Source of the DNA: Eledone cirrhosa | Taxonomy: Eukaryota | DNA length: 64,000 nt | Direction of reading: 5' to 3' | NCBI GenBank assembly: GCA_964016885.1 | Contig: OZ024742.1 | Coordinates: 92,070,001 to 92,134,000 of the forward strand | Shown here: positions 57,789 to 64,000 of the stretch, one piece after another | How the letters are laid out: the number at the start of each line of letters is the position of its first letter | How positions within the stretch are numbered: position 1 is the stretch's first letter | The notes under the pieces: model-generated | The model's database searches: none | The model's input: the letters and a program-made list of their open reading frames with translations, nothing else | What the model was told of the DNA's origin: nothing | Made by a program: the position numbers and the translations under genes

Positions 57789-60016
57789 TCAATATATCAG
57801 CCAAGAAATTAACACAACCAGAAATACAACTGTTAGAAAATGGACTGAAGTTCACTCCCACTCCGAAAGCAGATACAGCCGATGTTATAAAAGACACAGA
57901 AGAATACTGTCGAAAATTACGCTTAGGAGAATTCTTCCAGGGTGTACAATACGAGGAAGAATCACTGGTGAAAAACAAAAAGAACTTCACACCCCCGCTA
58001 AATAGAGATAAATACCTGGAGGAATACATAACCTGCCTTCGCCGATCAGCACGTACAAATACGGCCGAGACGAAACACAAATGCAACATCCCTACAGACC
58101 AACTACTAGCAGTGAACAAGCTACAAAGAGATTCCTTAATAATAATAAAGGAAGCGGACAAAGGTGGAGCAATCGTCATCATGGACACAAACCACTACAA
58201 AGATATGGTCCTAGCACACTTGAATGACGAAAACTTCTACAGGAAAATCACTAAAAACGAAGAAAGGAAATCGAGGAACCAAATAGGCAAACTAACAACA
58301 AAGTACCAAAACAACCTAACACCAAAAGAAGTAGATTACCTAACCAACTTCGAAATGAAAACCAGCAATTTCTATGGATTACCAAAAATTCACAAATCCA
58401 TAGAAATCCAAAACAGCATAAAATGGAAAAATACATCATACATCGAAGCACCAAAACCGACAGACTTAAAATTACGCCCCATTATTGCTGGCCCAGCCTC
58501 AAGCACACAACGTCTAAGCAACCTATTAGATATCATACTCAAACCCCTATGTAAAAAAGTTCCAAGCTACATCAGAGATGATATGGAATTCCTTAACTAT
58601 ATCCCCCCAAAAGTACACCAGGATACAATCCTAGTCAGTTTTGATGTAATAAGCCTGTACACTAACATCCCACACGACCTAGGGATTGAAGCTGTGGACT
58701 TCTGGATTACAAAACACTCAAGTCACATTTCAGAAAGATTCCCCAAAGAATTCATCTTGGAAGGACTTAAATTAGTATTGGAAAACAACCACTTCCTCTT
58801 TGACAACGAAATTTATCTACAAATAAAAGGAACAGCCATAGGTACCAAAGTGGCCCCTACATATGCGACGCTCGTTATGGGTCACTTAGAGGCAAAATTA
58901 TATTCCCAACTACAGATAACATTCAGTCACGACTTCGCCTTCTACATTAATAAAAACTGGAAACGTTACCTAGATGACTGCTTCATCTTCTGGAACAGAA
59001 GCCAAACAGACCTACAAAAATTTTGTTCGATCCTAAACAGGCTTCATGAAGCTATACAATTCACTATGGAATGTAACGAAAAGGAACTGCCCTTTCTAGA
59101 TATCCTCATCATTAAAGAAGGGGAAAATATCATAACGGACCTATTTTGCAAACCCACTGACACACACCAATACTTAAATTTCCGGTCAGCACACCCCTCA
59201 CATATGAAAAGGAACATTCCCTTCAACATGGCAAGGCGCATCTGCACTATAGCAACACACCCCGTACTACAAGAAAATAGATTATGTGACCTGAAAAAAT
59301 TCCTTAAAAAACAAGAATACCCGATGAAACTCATCAACGCAGCCATCTCCAAGGCTAAGAACATCCCAATAACAACACTGAGAAAACCAAACCCACAACA
59401 TAAAAAAGAAAACCCTGCTATCTCTTTTGTCATCACTCACAACCCAGGGAACATCAACATTGTGAAAACTGCTAAGCAGTATCTCCCGATTCTACAGCAA
59501 TCTACCAAAATGAATGCACTCTTAAAAAACACACAGATAATTTATAGCAGACGCCAAGCACCCAACCTTAAAAAACTAATTACCAAGGCAAAATTTACGA
59601 CCAACATGGAATCAATACAAGTGACGAAATGCGGGGACCCTAGATGTGGAACCTGTGAACTCATCGAAGAGGGCAAACAGTTGTCATTCAAAAACCATGA
59701 TAATTTCAAGGTCAATGCTAACATGAACTGCAAAACGAAAAACCTAATATATTGCGCAACATGTCCACAGTGTAAAGAGTATTACATTGGGGAAACCGGA
59801 ACGGGATTACATGATAGAGTCCGGGTACATAAACAACAGATTAAAGACCCCACAGTCAGAAATACCACATGTAGCGCACACTTTGCATCATGCGGGAAGG
59901 GAAAATTCACAATCTTCCCTTTCTTCAAGATATGGTCGGATAACGAACATTTCCGCAGATATAAAGAAGAATTCTTCATTGAAAAATTTAAACCACTACT
60001 GAACACGAAAAAATGA
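57749..60016 (+). CDS. PLE ORF2: reverse transcriptase + C-terminal GIY-YIG endonuclease (755 aa, uninterrupted)
   Basis: PLE motifs IINIS..LT..E..LL..GLKFTPTP, KEADKGGAIVIM, FYGLPKIHK, LRPII, SFDVISLYTNIP, QIKGTAIG, WKRYLDDCF, LPFLDI, CKPTDTHQYL. Cys linker CGDPRCGTC; endonuclease [21 protein letters not shown]. The GTG start is not a demonstrated start; the frame is open from 57626. Confidence 0.95.
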   Translation: MAPDEKEPIEPKIINISAKKLTQPEIQLLENGLKFTPTPKADTADVIKDTEEYCRKLRLGEFFQGVQYEEESLVKNKKNFTPPLNRDKYLEEYITCLRRSARTNTAETKHKCNIPTDQLLAVNKLQRDSLIIIKEADKGGAIVIMDTNHYKDMVLAHLNDENFYRKITKNEERKSRNQIGKLTTKYQNNLTPKEVDYLTNFEMKTSNFYGLPKIHKSIEIQNSIKWKNTSYIEAPKPTDLKLRPIIAGPASSTQRLSNLLDIILKPLCKKVPSYIRDDMEFLNYIPPKVHQDTILVSFDVISLYTNIPHDLGIEAVDFWITKHSSHISERFPKEFILEGLKLVLENNHFLFDNEIYLQIKGTAIGTKVAPTYATLVMGHLEAKLYSQLQITFSHDFAFYINKNWKRYLDDCFIFWNRSQTDLQKFCSILNRLHEAIQFTMECNEKELPFLDILIIKEGENIITDLFCKPTDTHQYLNFRSAHPSHMKRNIPFNMARRICTIATHPVLQENRLCDLKKFLKKQEYPMKLINAAISKAKNIPITTLRKPNPQHKKENPAISFVITHNPGNINIVKTAKQYLPILQQSTKMNALLKNTQIIYSRRQAPNLKKLITKAKFTTNMESIQVTKCGDPRCGTCELIEEGKQLSFKNHDNFKVNANMNCKTKNLIYCATCPQCKEYYIGETGTGLHDRVRVHKQQIKDPTVRNTTCSAHFASCGKGKFTIFPFFKIWSDNEHFRRYKEEFFIEKFKPLLNTKK

Positions 60017-60222
60017 ATTAACACTCGGAGGTAAAATTCCATTTCACTACCGCCCACCCCTCTTCTTATGTATACACATGAATATCTGAATGAACGGTGA
60101 GACACACATATATGTGTGTAGGGATGTATGGATGTATGTACGTGTGGGTATATATGTATGTGGGTGTGTGTATGTGTGTGTGTGTGTGTGTATATATATG
60201 TATGGATGTGTGTATGTTTGTA

Positions 60223-60303
<81 letters not shown>

Positions 60304-60666
60304 ATGTGTGTATATATGTGTATATGTACATGTATGTATGTGTATGTTTGTATATATATGGATAGATATGAATGTTTATGTGTGTGTGTATGTATGTGTA
60401 TGTACCTATATATATGTGTGTGTGTGTGTATGTATGTGCATATATGTATATATGTGTGTACATATGTGTATGTTTCTGTTTGTGTATATGTGTATATGTA
60501 TGTAGATGTATGTGTATATATATATGTATATATATGTATATATATGTGTATGTGTATATGTGTCTTTATGTGCTCGTGTGTACGCACATATATATATATG
60601 TATATATGTATGTGTGTATTTATGTGTGTGTATGTGTATATATATGTATATATATATATGTATGTA

Positions 60667-60710
<44 letters not shown>

Positions 60711-60766
60711 CATGTATGTGTATGTATGTATGTGTGTATGTATGTACTTGTATGTGTATGTGTATG

Positions 60767-60803
<37 letters not shown>

Positions 60804-60924
60804 ATATGTATGTGTATATATATGTATATGGATATATATGTATGTGTATGTGTATGTGTATATGTGTGTATGTGTCTGTATGTGTTTATGTGTACATATG
60901 TGTATATGTATGTGTATGTATGTG

Positions 60925-60957
<33 letters not shown>

Positions 60958-61060
60958 GCCTCTCTCTTTATATGTGTATATATATATATAGATGTATGTG
61001 TGTATGTGTGTGTATGTATGCATGTATGTGTGAACGGAGGGGTATATATACGGACATATG

Positions 61061-61093
<33 letters not shown>

Positions 61094-61276
61094 ATACACG
61101 TGCGTGTGTGTGTGTGTCTGTGTGTATGGGTGCGTGTATGGGTATATATGTATATTTAGTTATGTATCTTTATGTGTGTATATGTATGTATATGTATGTA
61201 TATGTATGTATATATGTATATATATATGTGTGTGTGTATATATATATATGTGTGTGCGTGTGTGTATGTGTATATG

Positions 61277-61319
<43 letters not shown>

Positions 61320-62623
61320 ATGTGTATATATATGTGTATATATATATATATATATATACCCATGTGGAGGTATGAGTACATATTCGTGTGTGTACGTATG
61401 TGTATGTGTGTTTTTATATGTGTCTCTATATGTTTTTGTATATGTATTTGTACATGGGTGTGTGATTGATGGTGTGTGCCTATATATTCCTACATATGCC
61501 CGTGTGTGTATGTACGTATATGCGCACATATGTGTGTGTTGAACAAAGGACTAACTTTGGGATGGACGTAGAAAAATTCTTCAGGAAAAAAAGAAAAAAA
61601 TAATTATTAACAAACTTGACAGGTGCGATTTGCCTGTGACCATTCTCAACACAAAAGCAATACTAAAAGCTTTTTCCCCTGAATAACGGAATTTTTCGAG
61701 AGTGACCGGGGCAGGCTGCACTTGCTACATTTCTCCCCACCCAACCCTACTCACCGTCTCAACTCATTACTGCTATGAACACTTTTTCAACACACCTACA
61801 CCCATGCACTTATTAAAGGGGGAGAAAAGAAACCCCCACCACACCACAGACATGTTAAATCCCTATATATAGAACAACACACCACATACACATCAGTTTG
61901 ACAAGCGCACCTCAGCGTGAAAAGTCTTTCTAAAGACGAAACAATACCTCCTACGTTAACCAAGAACTCCTAAGACCTAACCAACAACCAACAACTTAAT
62001 TTATAAAATAATTTTTTTTAAGAACTATTCTTTTGGGATTTTGTGAAGAAAATAAATTTGTTGAAAGCACAAGTGAAGCCATTTTTTCTTCCCCCCTGTC
62101 TATATATATGTAGTCGAGGAATCTAGGAGCAGTTTAGGTATGATACATTTTATTACCAATTATATCTAAATGTTTCTTCTCTCTTCATAATGTATTTTTA
62201 ACTCTGATACTGGTTCAGTCTAATTCAACCGGATTGGTCTGTCCTAGTCATTCATTGAGCAACATCGGTAAGGTTGGCACCATTAACTCACGGTTGGGTG
62301 TGGATGCATTCATGTATATGTGTGTGTCCGCATGTATCTGTGTGTTTCTAAATATATTGTTTATAACTCCCTCTGGTCGAGTAATCTTTGAAGTGTGATG
62401 ACTGCTGGAAAGCTTCCATTACTCATACATCTCGCCTCCTTCACCACCTCTTCTACGGCTTCGATATAAATACCCCCTCCGCCTCCGTGGTATTTTCTTC
62501 GGGGTTATAAGAGGCTTAGCTCTGTTTCTCGACCGTTATATCGCGTGATTATCTCCCCCTCCGCCTTTTGGGATTCTTTCTCACGTAGTGTAGACGCGTT
62601 CTTGAAGCTAGTAAAATGAGGTA

Positions 62624-62713
62624 TCCTCTTGATAAGTCGGCAGACCTCGCAAAGACTCTATATCTTTATGATGTATTGTTTTTGTTTATGCCACGAAACT
62701 ACGTAGTCGAGGA
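62624..62713 (+). ncRNA. Type I hammerhead ribozyme motif (U3-A8 core variant)
   Basis: Stem I TCCTC/GAGGA, core TTGATAA, stem II GT(C)GGCA/TGCCAC with a long loop, GAAAC-TACGTA-GTC. Predicted cut after 62708. Confidence 0.8.
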
Positions 62714-63216
62714 GTCTAGGAGCAGTTTAGGTATGATACATTTTATTACCAATTATATCTAAATGTTTCTTCTCTCTTCATAATGTATTTTTAACTCTGA
62801 TACTGGTTCAGTCTAATTCAACCGGATTGGTCTGTCCCAGTCATTCATTGAGCAACATCGGTAAGGTTGGCACCATTAACTCACGGTTGGGTGTGGATGC
62901 ATTCATGTATATGTGTGTGTCCGCATGTATCTGTGTGTTTCTAAATATATTGTTCATAACTCCCTCTGGTCGAGTAATCTTTGAAGTGTGATGACTGCTG
63001 GAAAGCTGCCATTACTCATACTTCTCGCCTCCTTCACCACCTCTTCTACGGCTTCGATATAAATACCCCCTCCGCCTCCGTGGTATTTTCTTCGGGGTTA
63101 TAAGAGGCTTAGCTCTGTTTCTCGACCGTTATATCGCGTGACTATGTCCCCCTCCGCCTTTTGGGATTCTTTCTCACGTCGTGTAGACGCGTTCTTGAAG
63201 CTAGTAAAATGAGGTA

Positions 63217-63306
63217 TCCTCTTGATAAGTCGGCAGACCTCGCAAAGACTCTATATCTTTATGATGTATTGTTTTTGTTTATGCCACGAAACTACGTAGT
63301 CGAGGA
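63217..63306 (+). ncRNA. Type I hammerhead ribozyme motif (second array copy)
   Basis: Same elements as 62624-62713; predicted cut after 63301. Confidence 0.8.
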
Positions 63307-63375
63307 GTCTAGGAGCAGTTTAGGTATGATACATTTTATTACCAATTATATCTAAATGTTTCTTCTCTCTTCATA

Positions 63376-63451
<76 letters not shown>

Positions 63452-64000
63452 TGAATTGTTTATCATCTTTTCAATCTACAGGGAAATTCGTATTTTTCTG
63501 CCATGTTTACATGCCACCAGATTAGATATGTGAATATATTTATACAAGGTGGCACAATTTCTGTTACACACTCTGTATTTATACAGATATACCTTCATCA
63601 TATATGAAGATATATACGATATGTTTATGTATGAGTTTTAAGCTGTGCAGCGCATCTTCGTTACCATCCCCGGGGAAACTCCTTCTCCATTCTGTCCGCC
63701 GGGGCTGTGGGAAGGCCAGCATGTGGGACCCCATTTGTTCACCATACAGAGAGATGGGGAGGGCGAGAGAAATGCGGCGATGACAGTGGGAGTTCGACTC
63801 AGCGACGTTCGGACCATATCCTTATGGTTGTGTTTATTATTTATATAGAAAATACCAAGCTGATCATGACTATTGCCTGTGTACTGCTGCCACAACTATG
63901 TTTAGTGTAAGAAGACCAGGGACTAATGATGTTCACTCATTGGCTATTGAGAATAGAATATTCATGCGTATAAAAATGTTGGTGTATGCTCGAGCTGGGT

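Larger units (their letters stand above)
53696..62101 (+). mobile_element. Penelope-like retroelement (Neptune-type), partial-tandem form with ~2.8-kb direct pseudo-LTRs
   Basis: 53696-56507 is repeated at 59234-62101 (3' end of ORF2, microsatellite-rich 3' UTR and promoter). Internal ORF1 and RT/GIY-YIG ORF2. Both ends abut (TA)n. Confidence 0.93.
62110..63380 (+). mobile_element. Tandem array (~2.15 x 593 bp) with type I hammerhead ribozyme; retrozyme-like non-autonomous PLE derivative
   Basis: GTAGTCGAGGA recurs at 62110, 62703 and 63296. Flanked by (TA)n. Dispersed partial copy at 25859-26240. Confidence 0.85.
52764..63591. mobile_element. Putative MITE/DNA-transposon remnant with 69-bp terminal inverted repeats, interrupted by nested retroelements
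   Basis: 52764-52832 is the reverse complement of 63523-63591 with 2 mismatches. Confidence 0.6.

Overview
Eukaryotic, AT-rich, microsatellite-saturated, non-genic (intronic or intergenic) DNA. The SINE/LINE repertoire and (TA)n/(CATA)n density suggest a coleoid cephalopod such as an octopus (inference). No host protein-coding gene is confidently identifiable, and most listed ORFs are microsatellite artefacts. Retroelements present: (1) a young Penelope-like element (PLE, Neptune-type; 53696-62101) with ~2.8-kb pseudo-LTRs, a TATA/Inr promoter, a coiled-coil ORF1 and an intact RT+GIY-YIG ORF2; the conserved ORF2 N-terminus has no ATG and is reachable by a -1 shift at an HIV-type U UUU UUA heptamer; (2) two tandem-repeat families (593 bp and ~695 bp units) carrying type I hammerhead ribozyme (HHR) motifs, i.e. 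retrozyme-like, plus many mini or degenerate HHR fragments and fold-back palindromes inserted in (TA)n; (3) Tx1/L1-like LINEs in (GATA)n; (4) R4/Dong-like RLE LINE 3' ends and an eight-copy RTE-derived bipartite element in (CATA)n; (5) decayed RTE, CR1 and Nematis-type PLE fragments and many tRNA-derived SINEs. A 69-bp inverted-repeat pair (52764/63591) encloses the whole nested PLE-retrozyme stack. All calls come from reading the sequence by eye; no searches or folding were run.
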